This document shows positions 9,601-20,029 of a stretch of DNA of 64,000 nt, one piece after another. Position numbers and translations under genes: made by a program. Under the pieces are notes generated by a model. It saw only the letters and a list, made by a program, of their open reading frames with translations, searched no databases and was not told where the DNA came from. This DNA comes from a virus (taxonomy: Duplodnaviria; Heunggongvirae; Uroviricota; Caudoviricetes). The stretch is from the IMG/VR virus record IMGVR_UViG_3300031555_005503, positions 41,352 through 105,351 of that record. One strand, given 5' to 3'. Each line of letters opens with the position of its first letter. Position 1 is the stretch's first letter.

Positions 9601-12600
9601 TGATGAACTTTTAACTGCGAATGAAGCTATAGAGGAAAATTCCGAAGAACCTGTTGAAAAAACGGTTGAATATACTGCAGTTTTACAAGAAGAATATGAT
9701 AAAATTGAAAACTGGGGATTAAGTGAATATGCTGAAGAAATAAAGAATGGTACTATTCAATCTGTTTTCGGAAATGTTGATATGGATAAGCGACCTATTA
9801 TTGAATGGTCGGATAAATTAAAGAAAACATATCAAGATGAACTTGCAAGTTGGGTTGATAGTGACGGCAATGTATATGATCCTATAGTTGGACAAATTGA
9901 TACTGTTTTGGGCGGTTCAGGTGGATTTAATATAGGTGACGAAGTTGTAGAAATTGCTTACACTCCTATTATGGAGGTTGATGGCGAAGCAAAATATCTT
10001 GGTAAAAATACTTTGGATAATTACATACAAAGTATTATAGATGAGGCTAACAAAGATGGGCAATGGTCACTTGATGAAATTTTAAAACTCGATGCTAAGG
10101 GTTTAAAAGTTGATAAAATTAATAGTGCTGGTGAGGTTGTAGGTAAAGAGTTTGTTAAAGGCGTAATTGCCGCTGTTGGTGATGAAGGCGCAATTTCTGC
10201 ACGAGACGTTGGCGAATTAATGCATTTTGCTGGTGATTATGGTGCTATTGGATTAGCTTCAAATGTTGAAAATCTTTCCAAAGAAATTGAAGTAGTATAT
10301 GATGATTCAAAATCATTAGACGATGTTGTTAATAATATACGTTTAATCGAAAATGAACAAATACAAAAAGAAGTTCTTTTAAAAACTGTAACTGATGGCA
10401 CATATAATGAAATCTTTAAAGGTTTATCTTATAATGATCAGAACATTGTCTTAAATGCAATTGTACAAGGCGATGGCAATTTTAATCAGCTTAGAAGAAT
10501 TATCGAGAGAATCGATAATGAAGATATTAGAGCTCAAATTGTTGCAGAATTAACTAATGCTGGAGCATTTAATGAATTTTTAAATAATATTAATCTTCTT
10601 ACCAATGAAGAGAAAAAAGTTGTAGTTGATGCTCTTGTCAAAGGAAAAGGCGACGCTGAAGAATTAAATGAAATATTATCTAACTTATCAGAAAGAGATA
10701 GAATCAAACTTACTGATTTAATAGAATCTACTGGTATAAAACTTACAGCTGATACTTCAGGTGTTGAAGAAGGCGTAGATATAGTCGAACAAAAAATAGG
10801 TCTTCTCCCTCCTTCTCATAATACTGTATTTGACGCTGATCCTTCTAAGGCATTATTCGCTTCTAATCAAGTTAATTTAGCAATTAATGATATTGACAAA
10901 GATCCATTTATAACTATTGGTGGAGGACTTTCGCCTAATCTTCAAAGTGCGTTAAATCGTATGAAGTCTTTGTTAAGCCAATCGAAAGCTGCTGGTTGGG
11001 TTCCTGCTGCAGAAGGCACATCTAATCGCCGTGTCTACCCTTCTATGGCTAGTGGTGGTAAAGTTGGACCAAATGGAAATGGTGGATTAACTCTTACCGG
11101 CGAATTAGGAACTGAACTTGTATGGCTTCCGGATCAAAATGAATCATTCTTAGTTGGTCAGTTTGGTCCTGAAATGGTTAATCTCCCTGCCAACGCCGTT
11201 GTTTGGCCTGCTGATGAAACTCGTCGTATTATTGGAGATACTATTCCGCATAGTCGCATGAGATTTGGCTCTTCTGCTGAAGGGCATATGACATTCGGTT
11301 CTATGTCTACCGGTGGCTTTAACTCTTCTAGTTACGGTGGATCCAGTTCAAAATCTTCTTCAAAGAGTAAATCTTCCTCTTCTTCTTCCGACTCAGCTTA
11401 TGAGAAAGCTAAAAAAGAGCTGGAACATCAGCTTGAAATGGGCTATATCACAGAAAGTGAATATTATACTAAACTCAAGAAGCTCTATGATAAATATAAG
11501 AAAGATCTTAAGAAGAATGTTGATGATCAGCGTGCAGCTCTTGAAGATTTACGTAGTGCTTGGATTGATGCTTATGAGGCTGCTGTTGATTCTTTAGATC
11601 ATCAGCTTGAAATGGGTAAAATTTCAGAAGCTGACTATCTGAAACAGCTTAAAGCTCTTGGTGATAAATACTTTAAAAATCGTAAAGGTTATGATAAGGA
11701 GTGGAAAGATCACCTCGAAGATCGCAAAGATGCTGCTAATGATGCTTATGATGCTGAAGTTGAAGCGCTCGAAGATTCACTTGATCGTGGTTTAATTAGT
11801 ATCCAGAATTACTATGCTGCCGTTACTAAGTTGCAGAATAAATATCTGACTGGTAAGGAAATGGTCGATGATCTCAAAGATGCCCAAGATGACATGTATG
11901 ATAATCTCATGGATGGTCTTGATAAGATTTGGGAAGATGCTGAACAGCAGATAGAAGATAATGATTTATTTGGCACTTGGGTTGAAGGCGGCCCTACTGC
12001 CATCGAAATCATGGAAGATGCATTTGACGAAATTGAAAAATTAAGTCATGATTATTTTGCAACAGAAACTGAACGTCTTGAATATCTTAAGGATAAAGAG
12101 CGCGAACTTGCAGAGGCTCGTAAGGATTATTATGAGGAGCGACAAGACCAATTAGATACGATTCTTGATTTAATTGAAGATATGCTTCGTCAAGAAGCTG
12201 AAGATTATATCGATTCTTTAGAAAAGCAAAAGGATGCGTATCAGGATATTATAGATGCCAAAAAGAAGTCCTTACAGCTTACTGAACGTGAACTGGATTA
12301 TCAGGATGAAATGAATGATTCTGCGCAAGAAATCAGTAAGCTTCAAGCTCGAATTGCAGTTCTCAGTCGTGATGATAGTAGAGCTGCAGCTGCAGAACGA
12401 GCAGAATTAGAAGCTCAGCTTGCAGAGGCTTTAAAAGATCAGAATCGAGCACAGCGCGACGAAACTTTGAATAGAACTGAAGATAGTCTTGATAAACAAG
12501 CTGAATTATTTACATCACTTATTGATAAGCAGATTGAAGTTGTTCAAAATTGGTTAGATAATAAATCAGCTGTTCTTGAAGTAGTTATGGATACTGTTGA

Positions 12601-13243
12601 ACAACGCGAGACTAACAATCTTCTGAATCGCCTTATTGCTTATAATGGTGAACATGGCGACGCAATGATGTCTACTATTGAAACCGCAATGAAAGATCTT
12701 GATGGTTTAATTGCGGAATATGGTAATGATGTTGAAAGTATCGTTGAGATTCTTCAGAAAGGTATTAATGTTCATGTTACTGGTGGTATTATCGGTGTAG
12801 ATCAAACTGATTATGCTGAAACTCAGACGGAAACTAAAAATAAACCGATAACGCATCATGATGGCCTTGCAACTGGATTTACTGGTAATGGCGCAGATCA
12901 GAAACAGCATGAAGTATATCGTTTACTTACTGATGATGAATTAGTATTTAATCGTGAAGATCAGTTGCGTATTGCAAGCCAGCTTCAGGTTCTTGATACT
13001 GTGAAAAAATCATTTTCTAATTTAGCTAAAGGCACTATTGCGCAGCCGTCGCAAACTAACCAGACTATTGAGTTAGTTATTAATGCCCCTATTACAATCC
13101 AAGGTAATGCAACTACCGATGTGGTAGAAAAGATCGAAAAGGCTATAGATAGCAGCGCAGACAAAGCATTATCTAAACTTAACGAAGCGCTTAGGATTAA
13201 TGGTGTTCATAGTAGAGCATCATCAAATTTACGAAAAAATTAA
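6632..13243 (+). CDS. tail tape measure protein (2203 aa) with C-terminal tandem coiled-coil repeats
   Basis: Very large coiled-coil protein placed directly upstream of Dit and Tal. Hydrophobic segment ILLDLGVAAAIAAISAGW. Ser/Lys linker. Three ~55-aa HQLEMGxISExxY repeats. Confidence 0.6.
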   Translation: MVSNNWLITNYESNRMIFKSIERMDADGNITNAVSWGIGGFGQAKKDKQEFQDALNEQAHKRDKQAIADFNHMVKVQNKSVSEAIANLGGASEAVKQYCQDAGAAGADVDKFTEKQKAQQEALEKSKKGFKGLSAATKAMGANILLDLGVAAAIAAISAGWNKLNNEFKITPAKKIEAMETTVNDYNAAMEESQNGIKTIQSLESEFTRLSQGVDDSGRNISLSAEEYERYNEIVKELVGISPELVQGYTAEGNAIVDRNTAIKDGIQAQKDYADAAKNAYTASINDIVKGSKENMKTSTSEMRGSLSDFRGLDSITSDVGYSSRLINKALGYQADLTTASAETLNDIYTHRAEIIKLAKEDGVEEDKIAEMEAYLSQIGSAYSEFESSIQPILDVLNASIAENAKVLPESMRDNLQAGLKEIATLDIDGTEMKAKAIQLVDTLDTIYKSNEGGYADALKEAKEAQEDFMDSDRSKDDVIEYDKVVQDHIDTITDLAKEYQKAGDDITAAALFEEASKMADFATENVLTLAEAFNPLASAMEEAQGAKEKFDNAMSANPDYDTAINSFGEIFDEILDGDDNKGNGSKAFWQGAEQILGSKTIRELGGDFDKVNARLKELKSGAKDSASATGKFFNMLLNNADEIAELDLGKVWQTSNGEIKFDIDSSNWAEVADILGVSYEYLIAMLDMSRKWAEIDLSDDNAVKTAISEMETTHKTADGEMYQLYSNIQSEAVAAGLSIEELDGKIKDLTSEGVHVIDLEVDAPEDIAGALSGMSSQLATEKDGKYKINIEKTVAQLLDMGASEAQIEKTISKWEKDEDKKFELQTKKPDDTEWSEWIGNIKTEWQAGLEDTDDPFTKLSDSADKFASSIERLIAALGFMPDIDIESNLDDVKEDIEDFAFNYGNLSELEKEKAVEGISNEIEEAKEQLDTLKALRDDPNNKLTKDQKNQLELDITNAEKNIKLYSKLLEDVKDDGVINNSINCTVKGYDELLTANEAIEENSEEPVEKTVEYTAVLQEEYDKIENWGLSEYAEEIKNGTIQSVFGNVDMDKRPIIEWSDKLKKTYQDELASWVDSDGNVYDPIVGQIDTVLGGSGGFNIGDEVVEIAYTPIMEVDGEAKYLGKNTLDNYIQSIIDEANKDGQWSLDEILKLDAKGLKVDKINSAGEVVGKEFVKGVIAAVGDEGAISARDVGELMHFAGDYGAIGLASNVENLSKEIEVVYDDSKSLDDVVNNIRLIENEQIQKEVLLKTVTDGTYNEIFKGLSYNDQNIVLNAIVQGDGNFNQLRRIIERIDNEDIRAQIVAELTNAGAFNEFLNNINLLTNEEKKVVVDALVKGKGDAEELNEILSNLSERDRIKLTDLIESTGIKLTADTSGVEEGVDIVEQKIGLLPPSHNTVFDADPSKALFASNQVNLAINDIDKDPFITIGGGLSPNLQSALNRMKSLLSQSKAAGWVPAAEGTSNRRVYPSMASGGKVGPNGNGGLTLTGELGTELVWLPDQNESFLVGQFGPEMVNLPANAVVWPADETRRIIGDTIPHSRMRFGSSAEGHMTFGSMSTGGFNSSSYGGSSSKSSSKSKSSSSSSDSAYEKAKKELEHQLEMGYITESEYYTKLKKLYDKYKKDLKKNVDDQRAALEDLRSAWIDAYEAAVDSLDHQLEMGKISEADYLKQLKALGDKYFKNRKGYDKEWKDHLEDRKDAANDAYDAEVEALEDSLDRGLISIQNYYAAVTKLQNKYLTGKEMVDDLKDAQDDMYDNLMDGLDKIWEDAEQQIEDNDLFGTWVEGGPTAIEIMEDAFDEIEKLSHDYFATETERLEYLKDKERELAEARKDYYEERQDQLDTILDLIEDMLRQEAEDYIDSLEKQKDAYQDIIDAKKKSLQLTERELDYQDEMNDSAQEISKLQARIAVLSRDDSRAAAAERAELEAQLAEALKDQNRAQRDETLNRTEDSLDKQAELFTSLIDKQIEVVQNWLDNKSAVLEVVMDTVEQRETNNLLNRLIAYNGEHGDAMMSTIETAMKDLDGLIAEYGNDVESIVEILQKGINVHVTGGIIGVDQTDYAETQTETKNKPITHHDGLATGFTGNGADQKQHEVYRLLTDDELVFNREDQLRIASQLQVLDTVKKSFSNLAKGTIAQPSQTNQTIELVINAPITIQGNATTDVVEKIEKAIDSSADKALSKLNEALRINGVHSRASSNLRKN

Positions 13244-13251
13244 TTATTTCT

Positions 13252-13286
13252 TGTGGACGTCTTATATGGGCGTCCACTTTTATTTA
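13252..13286 (+). terminator. intra-operon hairpin (attenuator/terminator) between TMP and Dit
   Basis: GTGGACG...CGTCCAC stem followed by TTTTATTTA. Confidence 0.4.
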
Positions 13287-13312
13287 TATTAAAAGGAGGA
13301 AGCTATTTAGAT

Positions 13313-15457
13313 ATGTATAAATCAACTGGATTTATCTTTGATGGTGTATCGAGTGAAACGTATGGCCTTATGATCTATTTTCTAGATGACCAAACTGAAC
13401 GTGAAATTTCTCTTGGTACAGATGTTGAAGTAATTGAAGATAGGCTGCCGAAGCGAATTAATCCTATTCATTATGGTGTGGATATAAATAAATCAATGAG
13501 CTTCCCTCTCACTTTTGGCAGCACTGAATATTTAGAAGACTATGATGTAGATGCCATACTTTCATGGCTGACCGGACATCAACAATATAAATGGTTAGAA
13601 TTTCTTGATGGTGATCATTATGTTAGATATAAATGTCATTTGAATAATATGACATCTATATACATTAATGGTCTTCCTGTTGCATTCTCATGCGATGTAG
13701 AATGCGATGGACAGTTCGCTTATGAATATCCGCGTGAATACTCGTATGATATTAGTGAAACAGAAACTTATATTGAATTTTTTAATAAAAGTTCATACAA
13801 TGGATATCTTTATCCACAATTAAAGTTAGAGTTTGCAGATGATTGCAGCTCTTTTTCTATTATTAATGAAAGTGATAACAATCGTGAATTTAAAATTGAT
13901 TGTTTTGATAGAGTCGTAACAAATACTTCGGCTAATGAATATAGATATGAAAGTACTATTGCAGAGGAAGCGTTAGATGTGGATGTCAATACTGAATTAA
14001 TTTCATGGCAAGTAAAAGAAATAACAGCTACTGATATTTATTCTGAAATTATTAAAGGTGAAATTGATGAAGTTGAAATTTGGATAGCTTTACCACAAAA
14101 CAGTAACAAAGCTTTATATTCTGAAGATAAAGGTGAATCATGGCATGAAGCCTCCCCTGCCCTACCTCATGTTGGAAATTGGACAGGATGTTTTGGTGAA
14201 AGTGGTTTTGTAGCAATTTGCACTGATAACGATCAGGCTATTGCAACTTATTCCCAAACAGGAAAAGGTTGGACATCTACAATAATTGAACTTCCAATAT
14301 CTCAAAAATGGCAAAAGGTAGTTTTTGTAGAAACTGATGGTTTTATGCAGAATCAATATATTGCTATGGGTGGCTCAGATTCGTCCATTATTGCTACATC
14401 TGCTACGGGTTGGGCTTGGCAAATAATTTCCCTTCCAGTTGCTCAAGAATGGCGATCTGCTGTTGCAGGAAATAATAAAATATTATTAGTTGGTGGCAAC
14501 TCAAATATTGCTGTCATGTCTACCGATTGTATACATTGGGAAGAAATAACTTTGCCTAAAAATGCAGCTTGGAGCGCTGGTGCATATGGCCCAAATGGCT
14601 TTGTAATAGTAGCCGATACTTTATATGGTAGTGGTAGTAAAGAACCGATTGCTCTCAGATCTATTGATGGCTATTTCTGGGATGTTATAGATTTTCCAAT
14701 TGGCAGTTGGTCTGATATGACTTTTGGCAATAGTATGTATATGGCTGTTGGTGAAAGGCAATTTATTTATTCTTTTGATGGGGAAATTTGGACTAGTAAT
14801 ACCCTTCCTGCAAATTCAAATCACATAATTTTTCAAGGCGATTATTTTATATGCCCTATTGCATTAAATAAATATTTAATATCTGATTCTGCAGCGACTA
14901 TAGCTGGAGAATTTGAAATCATAGTGCCAGCTGATTCTGCTTTTACAGTTAGTGATGTATATGTATCCGCTGTTATTGGAAATACCATTTCTGATACATC
15001 TTATATTTCTAATGGCACTAAACTTTTAGCTACAAATACAGATAGTGGTGAAATAACAGGTGGTGAATTTGTAGCGATTACTACAGATTTAAGATATGGG
15101 CAAGATATATCAGGTATTATGATGTCTGCAACTTTTGACAAAGATACTAAAACAGTAACAGTTAAATATACTGCAGATTCAAATCATACTTCCGCTATAA
15201 ATGCCCCATTATCTGTTATTGTTGAATATAAAACTTCTTCAACAACAGATCTTGGATATGATGGCTTAGTAGTTAATTTTGATAATTCAAATCAAATAAT
15301 TACAACAAATAAAGAAACTCTTAATATGTACGAGTACTTTAATAAACGGTTTTTAAGACTTGTTAAAGGTCTTAATAAATTAAAAATTAAAACAGACGGT
15401 GGTAATTGTAAAGCAATTATCATTTGTGAATTTCTAAGAAAGGTTGGTGGACGATAA
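13313..15457 (+). CDS. distal tail protein (Dit family), long form with C-terminal extension
   Basis: Start refined to MYKSTGFIFDGVSSETYGLMIYF, the Dit N-terminal signature, preceded by AAAGGAGGAAGC. Confidence 0.65.
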   Translation: MYKSTGFIFDGVSSETYGLMIYFLDDQTEREISLGTDVEVIEDRLPKRINPIHYGVDINKSMSFPLTFGSTEYLEDYDVDAILSWLTGHQQYKWLEFLDGDHYVRYKCHLNNMTSIYINGLPVAFSCDVECDGQFAYEYPREYSYDISETETYIEFFNKSSYNGYLYPQLKLEFADDCSSFSIINESDNNREFKIDCFDRVVTNTSANEYRYESTIAEEALDVDVNTELISWQVKEITATDIYSEIIKGEIDEVEIWIALPQNSNKALYSEDKGESWHEASPALPHVGNWTGCFGESGFVAICTDNDQAIATYSQTGKGWTSTIIELPISQKWQKVVFVETDGFMQNQYIAMGGSDSSIIATSATGWAWQIISLPVAQEWRSAVAGNNKILLVGGNSNIAVMSTDCIHWEEITLPKNAAWSAGAYGPNGFVIVADTLYGSGSKEPIALRSIDGYFWDVIDFPIGSWSDMTFGNSMYMAVGERQFIYSFDGEIWTSNTLPANSNHIIFQGDYFICPIALNKYLISDSAATIAGEFEIIVPADSAFTVSDVYVSAVIGNTISDTSYISNGTKLLATNTDSGEITGGEFVAITTDLRYGQDISGIMMSATFDKDTKTVTVKYTADSNHTSAINAPLSVIVEYKTSSTTDLGYDGLVVNFDNSNQIITTNKETLNMYEYFNKRFLRLVKGLNKLKIKTDGGNCKAIIICEFLRKVGGR

Positions 15458-15460
15458 TAT

Positions 15461-18400
15461 ATGATTGTGGATTTTAAATCTATTAGTCATGATTTTTATG
15501 GCAAAATTGAACAACCTGTGTTAATGTTGAAAACTCCTGATGGTAGAGCTATAACTACAATTAGTAATTATTATGGATTAGACACCATCTTTCGTTTTAA
15601 TGATGTTTCCGAAGTAACATTTTCGGTTCCTGCGTTTTATGAAGGAATTCCTAATAATGGATATGAGGAAATACATGGATTAAGACTTGTAGAAGTTGAA
15701 CCTTTTGGAGATTTTATTTTAGTTAATCCTGAAATTTCTAATGAAGGTGGTAAAAAAGAGATTAAAGTATGTAAGGCGTATTCTCTTGAGTACGCCTTTA
15801 ATAAAAAGAAAATTGATATTGCAGCCGGAACATATAATTTTTATAATCCAATCGATAATACTGATACTATTATGCAGATAATAGTTGATTTGATGCCTGA
15901 TTGGAGTATTGGGGAAATAGATAGAAAACTTATAGGACGTTGGAGAACTTTCGACAATATAGATGACAATTTATATTCTTTTATGATGAATACTCTTCAA
16001 GAGTCATTTAATTGTTTATTTCTTTTTGATACATTTAATAAAAAAATAAATGTAATGGAAGCAAACAGATCAACTTATAAATTACCAATTTATCTTTCTT
16101 ATAATAATTTAATTAAAAATGTTAAAATTACTGAACTTTCCGATGAAATTGTTACAGCTCTTTCTGGATATGGTTCAGGAGACGATGTTGATATACGTAC
16201 TGTAAATCCTAATGGAACAAATACAATTTATAATTTAGATTATTTTATTTCTAATGGAGATCTTCCAGATGCTTTAGCTGCAAAATGGGTTACATATGAT
16301 GATTCTTTGGAAGTATATCGTCAAATATTTTCTAATTTATCAGTTTTAGAGACTCAGAAAATAAATGAACGCGAATTAGCAAATGCAAAACGTATTGTAC
16401 TTGAAACTGAATATGATAATTTAAATACTACATATCTTACAGCTCAAACAAATAAAGATGTTAATGCGGATTATGATTATGAAATTGCAGTTTTAAGAAG
16501 TTCTCTTTTAGCAAAAGAAGTTGAGCTCAATATCCAAATTAAGCATATCGAAATGCTTGATACTGATATTGCAGAAATTGAAAAGAAGATAACAGAGATT
16601 ACAAATGTTTGTAAAATTGAATCTTATTTTACAAAAGAAGAGATAAAAATTCTTAGCCAATATTTTATACATGATTCTATAGTAGATGATACATTTGTTA
16701 TTCCTGAATATAGTTCTGCTATTTTAGAAAGCACATCGAATGTTATAACAGAAGATAATTTTGGAAGAATTAAAATAGTCGGTGCAGAAACATATGCAAG
16801 TAATATTGCAGAAGTTTTTACAACCGATGAGAACGGAGTTTATCAAGCTTATACTATAGACCCGGAAAATGGCGAATCTATTTATAATACTAATAATGCA
16901 GATCTTTTCCATGAAATTGATTTGAATCCTGAAATTGCACAAACAGTGGCAGATCAGCTCAATGACAATGAAAAACGAAAAATGTATGAATTTAGAGGCG
17001 GTATATTTGATTTTGCATATGTTGTATATGATGAAATTGAGGGGATTAAAACACCTAAAAATGTAAATCTTAAAGGTGATATTGTAAATGTAGATTTTGT
17101 TTATAATATTGATAATATGTTAAATTGGGAGAATGATAGCTCTCCTGATATTACAAAATTAGGACATTATACTCTCTCAGCAACCCTTAGAAATGCCGAA
17201 TATGATGGCGTATCATACCCTAATATGAATTTTTTAATACAAGGTATGATTAGAAATAACATTCCTCAGATAGATGATCATTTTATTAGTTTTGAAATTA
17301 GCAACGCAGTATTTTACATAACCGCTTCAAATACTGTATATCAAAAGCAAACAATTATACAAGAACTTTATGATTATATAAATGATAGTTTAAAAAAGCT
17401 GTCTACTCCATCTTATGAATTCTCGGTTGAATCCGGGAATTTTGTTTTTGCAAAAGAATTTGAACCTTTTAAAAATCAGCTAGAACTTGGTTGTACAATC
17501 AATCTTGCACTTGATGATAATGAAGATAATATAATTCAACCTATTCTTATTGAGATTGGTTTAAATTATGATAATGAATCTAGTTTTACTATTACATTTA
17601 GTAATAAATATCGCTCTTCTGGTAGCGAATTTCAACTCGCCGATATAATTACCAATATGAGCCATAAAACGCAGTCTGTGGCGCGAAATAAAGGTAATTA
17701 TCAAGCATATAAAGATAGCAAGGCTGGAAGTCAAGTATCAAATCTTACAACTTCTGCAATTGACGTAGTTAAAAATAAAGTCATTAATTCTTCTAATCAA
17801 GCTATTGAATGGAATAGCTCTGGTATGTTTTTTAGAAAGAAACTTTCAGATGGTTCTTTTGATGGACGTCAAATTGGGATTATTAATGAAGATATAGCAT
17901 TTACAAAAGATGGTTGGAAAACAGTGGATATTGCTATTGGAGCATATAATGATCCTGATAATGAAATTGAAGGATATGGTATTATCGCGCCTAATATTAT
18001 TGGCACTCTTATCGCCGGTGAAAATCTTATTATTGAAAATGAAAATAAACAATTTAAATTTGATAAAACTGGTGCATGGCTATATAATTCTTCTCTTGCA
18101 TTTGTACAGGATTCTATGCCTGAGAAAAATTATCCAGGCGGAAAGCTTTTAATTGATCCTAATTATGGTATTGCTGCAGGTAATGATAAACTATTTACTT
18201 TAAATGGTACTGAAATAACACCATCATTTTGGGATAAAGAAAATGATGAAATTATTTGGGATGAAAATGAGCTTGTTGAAACTGCCGATGGATCTATGTA
18301 TTATGTACCGCTTAATACTCAGTTTTACTTTGATATACATACTGGCAACGCTTATTTCTCAGGTACTATTAATGGTAAAAATATTATTGCAGAAACCATT

Positions 18401-18964
18401 AATGGCCTTGCAATAATGCCAGGAACTATTAGTGGCGATGCGCTTGTAGATGGTTCAATTGATTTAGGTAAACTTTCAGGCGATACTATTCCTACAAGTT
18501 TTATTAAGGGTCTTACTAATAAAAACTTTAAAGATGGAAAAATTGTTGCCGATGAAATAGATGCAAAAAATATTAAAAATGCATATGAAAGTAACGGCAC
18601 GCTTTGGTCTGGTAAGAGTTTGATGGGTAAAGATGCAAATGGTGATATTCTTGAAATTGATTTTATCAATTCAATTAAAAATCAATTTAGTGGTGCTATA
18701 TTTGCATTTAGCTATGAGTATGGTGAAGATAGCGATTGTTATTGGACATATACTTTTGTTCCTAAATATCATATTTTGCATCATGAGGGAGAAGGTGTTA
18801 GTTTTGAAATGACTACTCCATCAGGTTCAGATGCAGGTCATAAATATTTATATATAAGCAATAATAAAATGATTGGTCATGATAATAATGATGTTATTGT
18901 ACAAGGTGAAAATGAAATTTATAAAAATGACAGATGGTATTTACGTTATGTCATAGGAGTTTAA
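15461..18964 (+). CDS. tail-associated lysin / prophage-tail endopeptidase-like protein (Tal), 1167 aa
   Basis: Position after Dit. N-terminal Tal-like region (LMLKTPDGRAITTISNYYGLDT). Long fibre-like C-terminus. Confidence 0.55.
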   Translation: MIVDFKSISHDFYGKIEQPVLMLKTPDGRAITTISNYYGLDTIFRFNDVSEVTFSVPAFYEGIPNNGYEEIHGLRLVEVEPFGDFILVNPEISNEGGKKEIKVCKAYSLEYAFNKKKIDIAAGTYNFYNPIDNTDTIMQIIVDLMPDWSIGEIDRKLIGRWRTFDNIDDNLYSFMMNTLQESFNCLFLFDTFNKKINVMEANRSTYKLPIYLSYNNLIKNVKITELSDEIVTALSGYGSGDDVDIRTVNPNGTNTIYNLDYFISNGDLPDALAAKWVTYDDSLEVYRQIFSNLSVLETQKINERELANAKRIVLETEYDNLNTTYLTAQTNKDVNADYDYEIAVLRSSLLAKEVELNIQIKHIEMLDTDIAEIEKKITEITNVCKIESYFTKEEIKILSQYFIHDSIVDDTFVIPEYSSAILESTSNVITEDNFGRIKIVGAETYASNIAEVFTTDENGVYQAYTIDPENGESIYNTNNADLFHEIDLNPEIAQTVADQLNDNEKRKMYEFRGGIFDFAYVVYDEIEGIKTPKNVNLKGDIVNVDFVYNIDNMLNWENDSSPDITKLGHYTLSATLRNAEYDGVSYPNMNFLIQGMIRNNIPQIDDHFISFEISNAVFYITASNTVYQKQTIIQELYDYINDSLKKLSTPSYEFSVESGNFVFAKEFEPFKNQLELGCTINLALDDNEDNIIQPILIEIGLNYDNESSFTITFSNKYRSSGSEFQLADIITNMSHKTQSVARNKGNYQAYKDSKAGSQVSNLTTSAIDVVKNKVINSSNQAIEWNSSGMFFRKKLSDGSFDGRQIGIINEDIAFTKDGWKTVDIAIGAYNDPDNEIEGYGIIAPNIIGTLIAGENLIIENENKQFKFDKTGAWLYNSSLAFVQDSMPEKNYPGGKLLIDPNYGIAAGNDKLFTLNGTEITPSFWDKENDEIIWDENELVETADGSMYYVPLNTQFYFDIHTGNAYFSGTINGKNIIAETINGLAIMPGTISGDALVDGSIDLGKLSGDTIPTSFIKGLTNKNFKDGKIVADEIDAKNIKNAYESNGTLWSGKSLMGKDANGDILEIDFINSIKNQFSGAIFAFSYEYGEDSDCYWTYTFVPKYHILHHEGEGVSFEMTTPSGSDAGHKYLYISNNKMIGHDNNDVIVQGENEIYKNDRWYLRYVIGV

Positions 18965-18975
18965 AGGAGAATTAA

Positions 18976-19176
18976 ATGAATACAAAAATTACTAATGAAC
19001 AAATTAAAGAAGCTATTTCTAATGTTGAAATTTATCTCGGTAAAATGTCTGTTTCCGGAGATAATGTATTTGTTTTAGCAGAATGTAGAAGTGCTTTACG
19101 TCAAATTATTACTCTTATTCCTAAAGATTTTGAAGAAGATATTGAAGAAGATGTTTCATCAGAATTAGTTGAATAA
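18976..19176 (+). CDS. hypothetical protein
   Basis: 66-aa ORF, RBS AAAGGAGAA. Confidence 0.35.
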   Translation: MNTKITNEQIKEAISNVEIYLGKMSVSGDNVFVLAECRSALRQIITLIPKDFEEDIEEDVSSELVE

Positions 19177-19196
19177 TATATAGAAAGGAGAAACAT

Positions 19197-19565
19197 ATGT
19201 CTTTATGCAATCCTCCGTTTAAATTATCAGATATTACTTTTATAGGTGGCGATTATCAAGAAATATTATTTCATATTCATGATAATGATAGAGGTGGCCG
19301 TATGGATATAGAAAATCTACAGTTGATTTTCTCTGTTGTTGATTATCAAAATAGATATGGCACACCAATAATTTCAAAGCCATGTGAGATATCTACAAAT
19401 GATCCTACTGCATTTTCGGCTATATTATTGCCAGAAGAAACAAAAGATCTTGCTGATAAATATATTTATCAAATAACAATTAAAGCACCTAATGATAAAC
19501 AAAAAAATTTTCAGGGGGTAATGACTATAGATAAAAATATTAACCCTGATATGATTGTGTATTAA
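19197..19565 (+). CDS. hypothetical tail-module protein
   Basis: 122-aa ORF, RBS GAAAGGAGAAAC. Confidence 0.4.
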   Translation: MSLCNPPFKLSDITFIGGDYQEILFHIHDNDRGGRMDIENLQLIFSVVDYQNRYGTPIISKPCEISTNDPTAFSAILLPEETKDLADKYIYQITIKAPNDKQKNFQGVMTIDKNINPDMIVY

Positions 19566-20029
19566 TGATAGGTGGTGAAAAATTGCTAACTACATATTTT
19601 TTAAATTGTATTGCACAAGAAATTTTTGGTCATCCAGAGACTTCAAAAATTCCATATGATTATTATATTGCGTTATCATCAACTGAGCCAAAGTTAGATG
19701 GTAGTGGCGTTACAGAACCATCTATAGATACAGGATATCAACGTGTTCGTATAGATAATTCACATTTATTTTTTGGTGAAATTAATAATGATAGAGTTTT
19801 AAATCATGATAAAGCTTATTTCCCAGAATCAATTAAGCCTTGGTATGATATTTCTTATTATGCGATTTTTGATATGCCTACCGATGGTAATTTACTTATG
19901 TTTGGTAAATTAGATTCTATAATGAATGTTCCGATAAAAACCATTGTATCTATTCCTATTGAGACTTTAGGGATATCTGTAAATAATAGTGTAGGTGGTG
20001 ATATTAATGAGTATCAATATAAATATTAA
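19565..20029 (+). CDS. hypothetical tail-module protein
   Basis: 154-aa ORF, start overlaps upstream stop. Confidence 0.4.
   Translation: MIGGEKLLTTYFLNCIAQEIFGHPETSKIPYDYYIALSSTEPKLDGSGVTEPSIDTGYQRVRIDNSHLFFGEINNDRVLNHDKAYFPESIKPWYDISYYAIFDMPTDGNLLMFGKLDSIMNVPIKTIVSIPIETLGISVNNSVGGDINEYQYKY

Noticed and set aside
2096-12910. Short - strand and alternate-frame ORFs inside the two TMP genes (e.g. 2096..2293, 3242..3520, 6933..7301, 8311..8754, 11313..11597)
   Set aside because: They are embedded in long, well-supported coding frames. They are Ser/Leu-rich products of alternate frames
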